Positions 10,231 to 20,898 of a stretch of DNA of 61,796 nucleotides are shown here, piece after piece. Source of the stretch: Clostridia bacterium (GTDB taxonomy: Bacteria; Bacillota; Clostridia; TANB77; CAG-465); contig JAZSNU010000002.1 in the NCBI GenBank assembly GCA_045536565.1, positions 1-61,796 on the forward strand. Reading direction: 5' to 3'. The number at the start of each line of letters is the position of its first letter. Within the stretch, counting starts at the first letter, position 1. The notes beneath the pieces are model-generated. The model did not search any database. It worked only from the letters and a program-made list of their open reading frames with translations, and was not told the origin of the DNA. A program made the translations under genes and the position numbers.

Positions 10231-11442
10231 CTATTTTTTCACTTCAACATTTTCCTCTATTTTTATATTATTTGCTTTTAGTTTATCATTTATTACTTCT
10301 CTAAGTAATAGATATACTGCTGCAAAACCTGGTATACCAATTAATATTCCAAGTATTCCTCCTATACTTCCTCCTATTAGAAGTGCTACTAAAACCCAAA
10401 ATCCAGATATGCCTATTGATGTTCCCACAACCTTAGGATATATTATATTTCCTTCTATCTGTTGAAGTACAATTATATATACAACAAACCAAACTGCTTT
10501 CATAGGACTTATCATAAGAAGTATGAATATTCCTGGTACTGCACCAAAGAATGCTCCAAATATTGGAACTAATGCACTTACTCCTATACATATACTAATG
10601 ATTGGTGCATATTCCATTCTAAATATAACCATACCAATATAGCAAAGTATTCCTAGAATTATAGCCTCCGTTACCTGTCCTGTAACAAATCCAGAATATG
10701 TTTTATTAAACACCCCTGCTGCTTTTGCTACGTAATCTGCTTTATTTTTTGGAAGAAATGCATATACAAATTTCTTTAATGCTTTACATAGTCTATCTTT
10801 ATCAAGTATCATATATACTGCAAGTATAAAGCTAACTATAAAATCAAATATTCCTGATGCTATTCCTGTTGTAATTTTAAATGTTTCAGTTACTATATCT
10901 TCAAGTGTAAGACCTATTTCAGATAATGAAGTATTTATATATGAAACTGCACTATTTACCAAATCATCAGATATACTTAACTTATCTTTTTGCTCATAAG
11001 CAAAATCTTTTACATTTTCTATATATGTTGGAATATTATTTACTATCCCCATTATATTTTCAAAAAGTTTTGGTATAACAAATGTAGTAATAAGTGCAAT
11101 AACAAATAAAATACATACTATTGCAAGAAGCATAGATACAACTCTTATGCCTTTTTTCATCATTTTATTTTTCTTTTCTAATTTTATCTTTTCTTCCGAA
11201 CTTAATTTTTCACCTTTTTTAACTTTACTTTTAGGTGTTAAAATTCTTTCAAAAAATTTAGTTGGTAGATTAATTACAAATGCTAGTGCAAATGCTGTAA
11301 GTACTGTACTAGTATGAGATATAGTCCACCTAACAAAACCTACAATCTTTTCTGTATAGAAAACAACTAGAACAATTAAGATAATACAAATAGCTAGTCC
11401 AAGTATTTTCTTAAAACTTTCCTTATCCTTCACACCTTTCAC
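10231..11442 (-). CDS. AI-2E family transporter
   Basis: Multi-TM; LQQIEGNIIYPKVVG motif. Confidence 0.9.
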   Translation of the reverse strand: MKGVKDKESFKKILGLAICIILIVLVVFYTEKIVGFVRWTISHTSTVLTAFALAFVINLPTKFFERILTPKSKVKKGEKLSSEEKIKLEKKNKMMKKGIRVVSMLLAIVCILFVIALITTFVIPKLFENIMGIVNNIPTYIENVKDFAYEQKDKLSISDDLVNSAVSYINTSLSEIGLTLEDIVTETFKITTGIASGIFDFIVSFILAVYMILDKDRLCKALKKFVYAFLPKNKADYVAKAAGVFNKTYSGFVTGQVTEAIILGILCYIGMVIFRMEYAPIISICIGVSALVPIFGAFFGAVPGIFILLMISPMKAVWFVVYIIVLQQIEGNIIYPKVVGTSIGISGFWVLVALLIGGSIGGILGILIGIPGFAAVYLLLREVINDKLKANNIKIEENVEVKK

Positions 11443-12479
11443 CCCTCTTTATCTAAATCATATTCATCAAATATATTTCCTACAATTTCTTCTACTATAT
11501 CTTCCATTGTAACAACACCTACAACTTTTTGTTTATCCATTACAATTGCAAGTGCTATTCTTAATTTTTGCATACTACTAAATACATCGTCTATTTTATC
11601 CACACTATCTACAAAATATGGATCTCTCATTATTTTCTTTATGTCTATTTTCTTATCTTTACTTTCAGAATAAGACAAGATTATATCTTTAACATTTAAA
11701 ACCCCAATTATATTATCTAGCTCATCGTAATATATTGGCATTCTAGTATATTTATATTTTCTTATAGTAGTTATTATATTTTGCATACTATCATTAATGT
11801 TAACCGCTACCATATCTTCTCTTTTTGTCATTATTTCACTTACAGTTGTATCATTAAATTCAAATATGTTATATATTAATTCTTTTTCTCCTTTTTCAAT
11901 AGTTCCCTTATTTAATCCTTCTGCAACCATTAGTTTTATATCTTCTTCTGTAACCTCTATTTCTTCTTTTTCTTTTATGCCTAATAGTTTACATACAGCA
12001 TTTGTAGATTTTGTAAGTATCCATACAAAAGGATATGCTATTTTAGAAAGTGTTGTTATGCTATTTACCATAAGTTTTGATATTTTTTCTGGTGAATTCA
12101 TAGCAACTCTTTTAGGAACAAGTTCTCCAAATACAAGTGTAAAATATGATAATATAACTGTAACTGTTATAACAATAATAGTTTTTAAAACGCCAACTGA
12201 TACATCAATATATGTTAATTTTTCTACTATATAATCTGCAAAAGTTTCTGCTGCAAATGCACTTGCTAAAAATCCTGCAAGTGTTATTCCTATTTGAATA
12301 GTAGCAAGAAACGAGCTAGGATTATCTAATAACTTCTTTATTTTCCCCCACTTTTTATTTCCCTCTGCTGCCTCTTTATCCACTCTATTTCTATTAAGTG
12401 ATAGAAAAGCAATTTCAGATGCTGCAAAAAGTGCATTTATACCAATAAGGATTATTAGTAATATTATCTCAACTATCAA
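11439..12479 (-). CDS. Hemolysin/CNNM-CBS domain protein (CorC-like Mg/Co transporter family)
   Basis: AASEIAF, FLATIQIGIT, FGELVPK, CBS pair, TMEDIVEEIVG. Confidence 0.9.
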   Translation of the reverse strand: MIVEIILLIILIGINALFAASEIAFLSLNRNRVDKEAAEGNKKWGKIKKLLDNPSSFLATIQIGITLAGFLASAFAAETFADYIVEKLTYIDVSVGVLKTIIVITVTVILSYFTLVFGELVPKRVAMNSPEKISKLMVNSITTLSKIAYPFVWILTKSTNAVCKLLGIKEKEEIEVTEEDIKLMVAEGLNKGTIEKGEKELIYNIFEFNDTTVSEIMTKREDMVAVNINDSMQNIITTIRKYKYTRMPIYYDELDNIIGVLNVKDIILSYSESKDKKIDIKKIMRDPYFVDSVDKIDDVFSSMQKLRIALAIVMDKQKVVGVVTMEDIVEEIVGNIFDEYDLDKEG

Positions 12480-12532
12480 AGAATTTCCACCTCATAACCA
12501 ATTATATCATATAATATATTTTATTGCTATTA

Positions 12533-13573
12533 TTAATTATATTTTTCGTAATCATCTTCTATGCTTCCAACTATCTGTTCAATTATATCTTCCATAGTAA
12601 CTATTCCAAGAGCAATATCCTTTTCTTTTGCTACTATTGCCATATGTTCTTTATGCTTTTTCATATCATTAAATAATAGGTCTAATCTTTTACCGCTAGA
12701 TATATACATACAAGGCTTAACATGTTTTTCAGCCTGCAACTTCTCACCTGCAATCATACTTTTTAATACATTTTTTATGTTAATAGTTCCTACAACCTTG
12801 CGAATATCCGAATCATACACAGGCATTCTTGTATAACCATATTCTAATATTTTTTTCTTTATATCTTCTTTTGTACTATTTATATCAAGCATTACTACTT
12901 TTTCAATATCTACCATTATATCTTCTGCTGTCATTTCATCTAATTTTATATAATTTGATATAATCATACCTTCATTTTTTGAAAGTACTCCCATTTCTTG
13001 TCCTACTTCTACTGCTTCTCTTATCTCGCTATCTTTATATGATATTTTCTCTTTTCTATCTATATCAAACATTCTCATTATAACTGACTCAGTAGATTTT
13101 AAAAACTTAGTTATAGGAGAAAACAACTTAGATGCAAAATATATAAAATTTATTGTCTTTATTACTATTTTTTCTTTCTTCTTTATAGCAATAGACTTTG
13201 GCACTGTTTCTGCAATTATATATATTAAATATGAAAGTACTATTATTGTTATAAGTACTAATATATATTTGTATAAATATGCTGTAGCCTCATAATCAAA
13301 GTCAAACTTGTTATATATTGGTGCTGGTACTATCTCAACAACTAATGCACCAAGCCATAAACTACAAAATGCAACTGCTGATTTCAAAGATGAAACAAAA
13401 GAACTTGGCCTAACTAATATTTTTTTTAATCTATTCATTTTTTTAGTATCATTTTTTATATCATTTAATTCTAATTTTTTCTGGTTTATAGCAAGATATG
13501 CTGTTTCGATTGCACTCATATATCCCATTGCTATAACAAGAAAAACACATGTTATTATCTCTAAATATATCAT
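12533..13573 (-). CDS. Divergent CNNM-CBS domain protein paralogue
   Basis: SAIETAY, AETVPK, YTRMPVY, TMEDIIEQIVG. Confidence 0.85.
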   Translation of the reverse strand: MIYLEIITCVFLVIAMGYMSAIETAYLAINQKKLELNDIKNDTKKMNRLKKILVRPSSFVSSLKSAVAFCSLWLGALVVEIVPAPIYNKFDFDYEATAYLYKYILVLITIIVLSYLIYIIAETVPKSIAIKKKEKIVIKTINFIYFASKLFSPITKFLKSTESVIMRMFDIDRKEKISYKDSEIREAVEVGQEMGVLSKNEGMIISNYIKLDEMTAEDIMVDIEKVVMLDINSTKEDIKKKILEYGYTRMPVYDSDIRKVVGTINIKNVLKSMIAGEKLQAEKHVKPCMYISSGKRLDLLFNDMKKHKEHMAIVAKEKDIALGIVTMEDIIEQIVGSIEDDYEKYN

Positions 13574-13739
13574 TTGTTATTTACTTCCTTATCAACTCTT
13601 AATATTGTTAACATCTACCACTTTATACTTGGTATTATATACCATTTTAAATAAATTCTTCAATAGTTTGTATAAAATATTACAGTAAATTACAATAAAT
13701 ATATAAACAAAAAAGAGAGTACAACTCCCTTTTTACATA

Positions 13740-14543
13740 TTATTTTACAAGTGTTAGTTCAAATTCCCATCCATCATATCTTGTATATTTTAACTTTTCT
13801 TTACTTTCTATTATAATTGTTTCAGCATCGTGCCAATCCTCTTGATACTTTAATTTTATTTCATTATCATTAATTTCATATGTACCATTCATCGTATCTT
13901 GTGCACCAATATAAAACTTATTGCTGCTAAGTAATACCAATTCTAGTATCCCATCAGTTGCAACATATACTCCCGGTAAAACTTTTTTACCAGTCCTCTC
14001 AGATGTTATAACACCATTATTAGTAACTTTATTTAAAGTAAACTCTTGACCGCTAGTATATTTAATAGTTGTATTATTAACTATATTTATATCTAACTTA
14101 TAATAATCAAATGAAGTAATAAATTTTGCATCTTCTTTTTTATCAACCCAACCTAGTTGTATATCTTGTGCACCATACACAACTAATCCTCTTGGTGTAA
14201 TAGCCATTTCTTCTAAGTTCCCATCACTATATAATCCGTAATTAGTTTTGCTAGAAGTAGTTGTTTCTTGCTTAGATGTCACATCAGTACCGTTATTATT
14301 ATCATTATTTGTAACTTGTTCCTCTTTATCATTAGTATTAATTGTTTCATTTTCAGTTTCTTTGTCTGGAACATTAACATGATCGTTTTCTATCAGATTA
14401 TTGTTAATATTTGTATCCACATCATTAGACTTAATACCTATATATCCAAGCCCCCAAGCTATCCCTATACCTATAACAACAATAAATAAAAATATCATGA
14501 TTCCTAACACAATATTATATTTTTTATCATTTTTCATATACAA
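13740..14543 (-). CDS. Hypothetical membrane-anchored extracellular protein with N/T-rich linker and two repeated beta-rich domains
   Basis: N-terminal TM, low-complexity linker, duplicated GAQD and KYT..EF.L motifs. Confidence 0.7.
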   Translation of the reverse strand: MYMKNDKKYNIVLGIMIFLFIVVIGIGIAWGLGYIGIKSNDVDTNINNNLIENDHVNVPDKETENETINTNDKEEQVTNNDNNNGTDVTSKQETTTSSKTNYGLYSDGNLEEMAITPRGLVVYGAQDIQLGWVDKKEDAKFITSFDYYKLDINIVNNTTIKYTSGQEFTLNKVTNNGVITSERTGKKVLPGVYVATDGILELVLLSSNKFYIGAQDTMNGTYEINDNEIKLKYQEDWHDAETIIIESKEKLKYTRYDGWEFELTLVK

Positions 14544-14642
14544 CTCCTCCTTTAATATAAAAATTATATATTAAATAAAAAAATATATCAACATTTATGA
14601 ATTATTTTGAGCATTAAATTTTCAAAAAAGTATATTTTACAC

Positions 14643-14671
14643 TTGACAACACCACAATATTATTGTATACT
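14643..14671 (+). promoter_or_regulatory. sigma-A promoter of tRNA-Met
   Basis: TTGACA-17 bp-TATACT. Confidence 0.8.
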
Positions 14672-14689
14672 AATTGAGTATTAACAAAT

Positions 14690-14766
14690 GGCGACGTAGC
14701 TTAGTTGGCTAGAGCAATCGGTTCATACCCGATAGGTCGTTGGTTCGACTCCAACCGTCGCTACCA
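14690..14766 (+). tRNA. tRNA-Met (elongator, CAT)
   Basis: GGCGACGTAGCTTAGTTGGCTAGAGC...GGTTCATACCC...GGTTCGACTCC...CGCTACCA, resembling Firmicutes elongator tRNA-Met. Confidence 0.95.
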
Positions 14767-14893
14767 TATAATAAAGGAATTACATTTATGTAGTTTCTTT
14801 TTTTATTGTTTATTTTAGTATTTAAAAAACATATATCATATTTTGTTTTATTGTGATATAATCTAATAAAATATATTAAAGGAGGTTTTTTAA

Positions 14894-15538
14894 ATGGCTT
14901 TAATTAAATGTTCTGAATGTGGAAAAGAAATAAGTGATAAGGCACCTAATTGTGTACATTGTGGTTGTCCTATCGAAAAAGATGATGTATGTATCGAATG
15001 TGGAAAAGAGATAAAAAAAGGAAGTAATATTTGTTCATATTGTGGCTGCCCTACTCAAATATCAAATGACACTTCAAACACAAATACTAAATCAACAAAT
15101 AGTGACCTTTACTACGAAAAGGAACTCTTTATTGACAAATTGGAGCTTAATTATGAAAAAATAGAAAAATTCCAAAGATTATTTATAATACTAGGTATTA
15201 TTTGTTGCCTTACACTATTTGGTATAGTTGGAGGAATAATATTATTCATATATGCTGCAATTTATGGCGAATGTAAAAGAAATGATATTATCTTAACAAA
15301 CAAAGGAATAAAAGGTAAAATTCGTTCTTGTGGTTCTACTGAAACAGTTGATATACCACTAGATAAAATAGACTCTATTACTTGTGGGCGTAATTTCTTA
15401 AAAATAGAAAGATTAATCATATCTTCAAACTCAAAAATAAGAGGTGTTATGTTCTCAGCTAATACCGAAGATTTCTGTGATAAAACATTAAAAGAAATAG
15501 AAAAATATAAAAAATATGTATATAGAAGGGATGTGTAA
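14894..15538 (+). CDS. Double zinc-ribbon membrane protein with C-terminal bacterial PH-like domain
   Basis: Four CxxC pairs, TM hairpin, IILTNKGI...VDIPLDKIDSI. Confidence 0.75.
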   Translation: MALIKCSECGKEISDKAPNCVHCGCPIEKDDVCIECGKEIKKGSNICSYCGCPTQISNDTSNTNTKSTNSDLYYEKELFIDKLELNYEKIEKFQRLFIILGIICCLTLFGIVGGIILFIYAAIYGECKRNDIILTNKGIKGKIRSCGSTETVDIPLDKIDSITCGRNFLKIERLIISSNSKIRGVMFSANTEDFCDKTLKEIEKYKKYVYRRDV

Positions 15539-15540
15539 TT

Positions 15541-16176
15541 ATGGCTTTAATTAAATGTTCTGAATGTGGAAAAGAAGTAAGTGATAAAGCAATTTCTTGT
15601 GTAAATTGTGGTGCTCCAATCTTAGGTAATCTAAACACCAATTCTTCTGTAAGTACAAAATTCACAAGTTATGAAGAATATAAAGCGGCCTTGGCTTCTC
15701 AGGAAAATGAAAATACTGAAAGAAAACTTTCAGTACTAGGCAAAATCTGGCTTATATATTTAATAGCAGCATATGGAATTTCAACAATAATTGCTTTACT
15801 ATCACCTATTTTAAAAATGAATGCGTTTAATTTACGCCTTGTTACTGGTTTATTTATTGCTAATATAAATGTTAATTTAATTTTTGAAGCACTACTATGC
15901 TTATCTTGTTTATTACTATACAAAACATTGAACAAAAAACATTTATATATCTTCATTGTTCTTAATTTAGTAAAAGCATTTATTCCTTTACTAAATGGTG
16001 TTATGCTTTTTGGTGCAATACGCAATCTATTTAGTGCCGCTATAACTGTATTACTTACATATTTAGCAGTAAAAAATAGTTTAAATAAAAAAAAATCAGA
16101 TATAAACATAACTAAATACATTATTGTATTAGTTTTAACAGCAGCAATTAATTTTGCATTTTCATTCTTTTTTTAA
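15541..16176 (+). CDS. Zinc-ribbon domain polytopic membrane protein
   Basis: MALIKCSECGKEVSDKAISCVNCG followed by ~5 TM segments. Confidence 0.75.
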   Translation: MALIKCSECGKEVSDKAISCVNCGAPILGNLNTNSSVSTKFTSYEEYKAALASQENENTERKLSVLGKIWLIYLIAAYGISTIIALLSPILKMNAFNLRLVTGLFIANINVNLIFEALLCLSCLLLYKTLNKKHLYIFIVLNLVKAFIPLLNGVMLFGAIRNLFSAAITVLLTYLAVKNSLNKKKSDINITKYIIVLVLTAAINFAFSFFF

Positions 16177-16268
16177 TATATAAATTTAATACGACTTCAA
16201 AGATTTTCTTTGAAGTTTTTTTACACATTTTTCATGTCTATTTAATATTCTTTTGCATCATAATATTT

Positions 16269-17288
16269 ATGGTGATTATTTTGAAAAAATTTGAAATAAC
16301 TAAAATATATTATGAACCAGATATTCTAAACTATCCTCTCGGAATAAAATTATTTGAAAAATATAAAAATATAGAAAAAGTTCCTATAGAAAGTCACAAC
16401 AATATTCCAGAACTTAGGGCAAATTCAAATAAAGATTTTGTAAAGATGAAATCCTACCTTATTATTGGAACTAGAAAATCTTTAAAATGGACACCAAACA
16501 ACAAAATATCTGATTACTTAGTACCATATACTTCATCTGGTTGTATGTCAATGTGTTTATACTGTTATTTAGTATGTAACTACAATAAATGTTCATATTT
16601 AAGAGTATTTGTAAATAGAGAACAAATGCTAGAAAATATAATAAGGAAAGTAGAAAAAAGTAACATAGATTTAGTTTTAGAAATTGGTAGTAATAGTGAC
16701 TTAATATTAGAAGAAACTATTACCGGTAACCTATCTTGGACTATAAAAGAATTTGTTAAAAACACAAATAAAGGTAAACTTACCTTTCCTACTAAATTTC
16801 ATATGGTAGATAGTATTTTACATTTAGAGCATCAAAATAGGATTATACCAAGAGTAAGTGTTAATCCTAAAAGTATAATACAAAAAATAGAGCTTGGAAC
16901 TAGTAATCTTGATCAAAGAATAGAAGCAATAAACAAATTGGCTTCCGCAGGATATCCTGTTGGTATACTTGTTGCCCCTATAATATTTGTAGAAAACTGG
17001 AAAAAGTTATATAAAGACTTAATAGTTTATCTTAGCAAAAAATTATCCGATGAAGCAAAAGAAAAAATATTTTTTGAAGTTATATTCATGACATATAGTT
17101 TTGTACATAATGCTATAAATACAGAAGCTTTTCCTAATTCTCCTGTGCTCTTTTCAAAAGAACTAATGACAGGTCGTGGTAAAGGAAAATATACATACAA
17201 AAATGAGCTTAAAGCAGAAGGAACATTATATATATCATCTCTTTTAAAGAAATACTTTAAGGATAATGAAATAAAATATATTGTATAA
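16269..17288 (+). CDS. splB: Spore photoproduct lyase family radical SAM protein
   Basis: PYTSSGCMSMCLYCYL, EIGSNSDL, TFPTKF, C-terminal GKYTY. Confidence 0.88.
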   Translation: MVIILKKFEITKIYYEPDILNYPLGIKLFEKYKNIEKVPIESHNNIPELRANSNKDFVKMKSYLIIGTRKSLKWTPNNKISDYLVPYTSSGCMSMCLYCYLVCNYNKCSYLRVFVNREQMLENIIRKVEKSNIDLVLEIGSNSDLILEETITGNLSWTIKEFVKNTNKGKLTFPTKFHMVDSILHLEHQNRIIPRVSVNPKSIIQKIELGTSNLDQRIEAINKLASAGYPVGILVAPIIFVENWKKLYKDLIVYLSKKLSDEAKEKIFFEVIFMTYSFVHNAINTEAFPNSPVLFSKELMTGRGKGKYTYKNELKAEGTLYISSLLKKYFKDNEIKYIV

Positions 17289-17310
17289 CCACCTTTTTGA
17301 ATAAATATAT

Positions 17311-17350
17311 AAGCAAGTAGAAATTTTTAAGTTTACTTCTCTACTTGCTT
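17311..17350. terminator. Bidirectional terminator
   Basis: AAGCAAGTAGA...TCTACTTGCTT between convergent splB and mrdA. Confidence 0.7.
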
Positions 17351-17354
17351 TAAT

Positions 17355-19445
17355 TTAATATTTCACTCCACTATTTACCATTGTTTGATCTGTTATATCA
17401 ACTTTTTCTTTCTCAGTTATATTAAAATATTCATCCATAATAGGTTTAACTACACTTGCAGTATATACACCACTTCCACCATGTTCTATAACTGCAACTA
17501 CTGCTATTTTTGGATTATCAGCAGGTGCAAACCCAACAAATAATGCATTATCAGAACCACTTGATACTTGAGCTGTTCCTGTTTTTCCTGCAACCTCAAT
17601 TTTGGAATTTTTAAATGTAATATATGATGTTCCCCCAACCTCTGATGTAACCGTCTTCATTCCTTCTGTTATTGCATTAATATTTTCTTGTTTTAATTTT
17701 ATATTAGTTTCTTTAAAGTTCACACCGGTAAATTCTTCTATATATTCTAACAACTCATCTTGTGATATTTTCTTTCCTTCATTATTGCTTACATCTTTTA
17801 TTAAGCTTACTCTGTTTAACTTGCCACCATTTGATAGAGTTGCAATATAGTTTGCAAGTTGAACTGGTGTATATGAATTATATGATTGTCCTATTGCAGC
17901 AGATAATGTATCACCTAAATACCATTTATCCACATTATTATCTCCTGCTATTGTTCCTTTATTTTCACCTGCAATTTCTATTCCAGTCTTTGAGCCAAGC
18001 CCAAACAATCTAGAATATTTCACTAACTCTTCTATTCCTATTCTTCTTCCTACTTCATAGAAATAGCAATTACATGATACCTTTATTGCTTCTGAAACAT
18101 TAATAAATCCATGTGTTCTTCTATATGATGAATAAACCCAACATTTAGGATTATGACCATATTGATATATTCCTGTATCTTGTATTTTTTCATCCGGAGT
18201 TATTTTTCCAATTTCCAATCCTGCTATCCCAACAAGCATTTTATATGTTGAACCAGGAGAATATGTTCCTGCTATTGCTCTATTAAACATCGGCTTAGTT
18301 GTATCGTTATTTATTTGTTTCCACTTACTATATGAAATTCCTCCTACAAATTCATTAGGATCAAATGCAGGATAACTAGCCATAGCAAGTACATCTGAGT
18401 TTTCTACATCTAATACAACAACACTACCACTAGCGGCATCAGAATATTTTTTAAATGTTCCATTACCCTGACTTATATCATAAATAACTTGTTTTAAACT
18501 ATCTTCTGATACTTTTTGCAATCTATAATCAACAGTTAAAGTTACATTATTTCCAGACTCTGGCTCTTCATATATTTGTTCAGCATTTGCAATACCCATA
18601 CTGTCTACATGTGTTCTAAGTATTCCATCTTTACCTTTAAGATATTTTTCCATGGAAAGCTCTATCCCCATCTTTCCATATGTACTATTTATTGTATATC
18701 CCTCTTTATCCTTCAAGCCTTTATACTCATCTTCTGTTATATTTCCAACATAACCTAAAACATGTGCTGCAACAGTTCCATTTGGATAATATCTTTTAGG
18801 AATTACAGTAATATTTATACCAGGTAAATCTTTTTTTATTTCTTCTAACATTATTACAGATTCATAAGATATATCTTCTGCAAAATCTATTGATTTAAAA
18901 AGTGAATATCCATTTGATGTTATATTATATCTAACTTGTAAAATATTTAATCTATCTTTTGAATTATATTTTTCAAGTTCATATTTTTTATACAAACTAT
19001 TTAAAATATCTTCTGTTTTCATATCTTCTTTAAATTTATATGTGTTATAGAATTTATTTTTATCAGTTTTAGAGTAAAATTCAAGCACATTATTTTCTAT
19101 ATTTAAAGTTGTTTTTACATTATCTCCATTTTTATTTAATATATCTATTACTTTTTTTATTAGATCATTGAGCTCATCATTACTAAGTTTTGTTTTATAT
19201 AACTTTAAATCATATCCAAGTTTATTTGTGGCAAGTAGTACACCATTAGTATCATAAATTTCTCCTCTTGGTGCTTCAATTGTAGAAGAACGAAGCATCT
19301 TCTTCTCAGACATTTCCCTATACTCTTTTCCCTCGACAACTTGAAGTTTAAATAAAGTGATAATGAATATACAAGACACAATACAAACAAATATTTTTAT
19401 TATACTATCTCTATCTTCAAATAATTGTTTAAGTTTCCTTATCAT
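17355..19445 (-). CDS. mrdA: Penicillin-binding protein 2 (class B transpeptidase)
   Basis: STYK, SCN, KTG motifs; follows mreBCD. Confidence 0.92.
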   Translation of the reverse strand: MIRKLKQLFEDRDSIIKIFVCIVSCIFIITLFKLQVVEGKEYREMSEKKMLRSSTIEAPRGEIYDTNGVLLATNKLGYDLKLYKTKLSNDELNDLIKKVIDILNKNGDNVKTTLNIENNVLEFYSKTDKNKFYNTYKFKEDMKTEDILNSLYKKYELEKYNSKDRLNILQVRYNITSNGYSLFKSIDFAEDISYESVIMLEEIKKDLPGINITVIPKRYYPNGTVAAHVLGYVGNITEDEYKGLKDKEGYTINSTYGKMGIELSMEKYLKGKDGILRTHVDSMGIANAEQIYEEPESGNNVTLTVDYRLQKVSEDSLKQVIYDISQGNGTFKKYSDAASGSVVVLDVENSDVLAMASYPAFDPNEFVGGISYSKWKQINNDTTKPMFNRAIAGTYSPGSTYKMLVGIAGLEIGKITPDEKIQDTGIYQYGHNPKCWVYSSYRRTHGFINVSEAIKVSCNCYFYEVGRRIGIEELVKYSRLFGLGSKTGIEIAGENKGTIAGDNNVDKWYLGDTLSAAIGQSYNSYTPVQLANYIATLSNGGKLNRVSLIKDVSNNEGKKISQDELLEYIEEFTGVNFKETNIKLKQENINAITEGMKTVTSEVGGTSYITFKNSKIEVAGKTGTAQVSSGSDNALFVGFAPADNPKIAVVAVIEHGGSGVYTASVVKPIMDEYFNITEKEKVDITDQTMVNSGVKY

Positions 19446-19456
19446 ATCATCACCTT

Positions 19457-19969
19457 CTATCTATAAAAGTTATCTAATTCCTTATCTTTCATGTTTTTTT
19501 CAAATACTTTGTATAACACATATGCAATAGCTATATTTAATAGTATTTCAACTATAATCTGCTTTATCATAGTTAATATGCTTATAACAAGCGAACTATC
19601 TATAATGTAATATACAAATTGAAAACCTGCAAATATACTGGTTGCCATCATTGTTATATATACAATTGCTGCTTTACTCTCTTTTCTATATTTCTTGCTA
19701 ATTAACGAAATGCATAGCGCAATAGTCAAATATGAAACTACCGATTTTCCAAAATCAAAATGGAATATTAAATCTGCAAGTATTCCCATTATACATGCAA
19801 CCATTATATTTATTTCTATCCTATTCCACATTGATATTATAACTATGGTTACTAATATAATATTTGGTGTTATTCCAAATATTTCAAAGTTATTTGCTAT
19901 AACTATTTGAAAAAACAAGGCTAAAATAATTACAAGTGGTATTTTAAATATTGATAATATTTTTTTCAT
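19457..19969 (-). CDS. mreD: Rod shape-determining protein MreD
   Basis: Hydrophobic, GITPN motif, between mreC and mrdA. Confidence 0.85.
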   Translation of the reverse strand: MKKILSIFKIPLVIILALFFQIVIANNFEIFGITPNIILVTIVIISMWNRIEINIMVACIMGILADLIFHFDFGKSVVSYLTIALCISLISKKYRKESKAAIVYITMMATSIFAGFQFVYYIIDSSLVISILTMIKQIIVEILLNIAIAYVLYKVFEKNMKDKELDNFYR

Positions 19970-19983
19970 AATATCTCCTATGC

Positions 19984-20820
19984 TTAATTTACAATAATTC
20001 CTACACTTTTGACATTGTTTATATCAACCAATGGTTTTATAACAGCATACCTATCAATCTCATTCTTTTTATTTATAACCTTCTCTATTGTTCCAACTGG
20101 TATTCCTTTTGGGTATACTTCACCAATTCCTGATGTATATACTATTTCGGATACTGATACCTCTGTATCTATTGGTATATATGTAAGTTTTAATTTACCC
20201 TCATTTTTTAATGTAAAATCACCTTTTACTAATGCGTTTTTATTTACAGATGCAATTTCAACTCCAACCGAAATATTAGGATCGAGTATTGTTGTAACTA
20301 TTGCAGTACTTTTTGATATTGATGTGACATGACCTAAAAGACCATCTTTTGTTATTACAGTTTGCTTTAATTTAATACCATCATCTTCCCCTTTGTTTAT
20401 AACAAAAGTTTCGTTAAAATTATCGTAGTTTTTAACTATAATATCTGCATAAACTAACTTAAAATGATTGTATCTATCTTTTATATCTAATTTTTCTCTA
20501 AGACTATTATTATCCGCCTCAACAACTTCTATTTCTAATAATTTATATTCTAATTCTTCTATCTTTTTTTCTAATTTTTTATTTTCTTTCTTTACTTTTT
20601 TAACACTACCAAAATAACTAAATCCGTCTTCAAAAACGCCAAAAGCAGAAGAAACACCATCTCCTATTGTTCCTGTAATTTTACCAGCAAAGGTAGAAAC
20701 ACCTGGTATTTTTACTTTACTAAAAAACACAAATAGAGCTATTATAACAATAACCCATATGATAATATTAATTTTTCTTTTCTTAGTATTTCTCTTATTT
20801 GACATATTAATATAATTCAT
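19984..20820 (-). CDS. mreC: Rod shape-determining protein MreC
   Basis: TM, coiled coil, INKGEDDGI, TSGIGEVYPKGIPVG. Confidence 0.93.
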   Translation of the reverse strand: MNYINMSNKRNTKKRKINIIIWVIVIIALFVFFSKVKIPGVSTFAGKITGTIGDGVSSAFGVFEDGFSYFGSVKKVKKENKKLEKKIEELEYKLLEIEVVEADNNSLREKLDIKDRYNHFKLVYADIIVKNYDNFNETFVINKGEDDGIKLKQTVITKDGLLGHVTSISKSTAIVTTILDPNISVGVEIASVNKNALVKGDFTLKNEGKLKLTYIPIDTEVSVSEIVYTSGIGEVYPKGIPVGTIEKVINKKNEIDRYAVIKPLVDINNVKSVGIIVN

Positions 20821-20898
20821 TTTACCACCTTTATTAATCTATATTATAGAAATTCTGAGCACCACTTGCCCAGAACACTATAAATATTATTTATACAT

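Noticed and set aside
14690-14766. tRNA-Ile2 (lysidine) assignment
   Set aside because: GGCG acceptor start and GGTTCATACCC arm resemble Firmicutes elongator tRNA-Met; tRNAscan-SE isotype models would settle it
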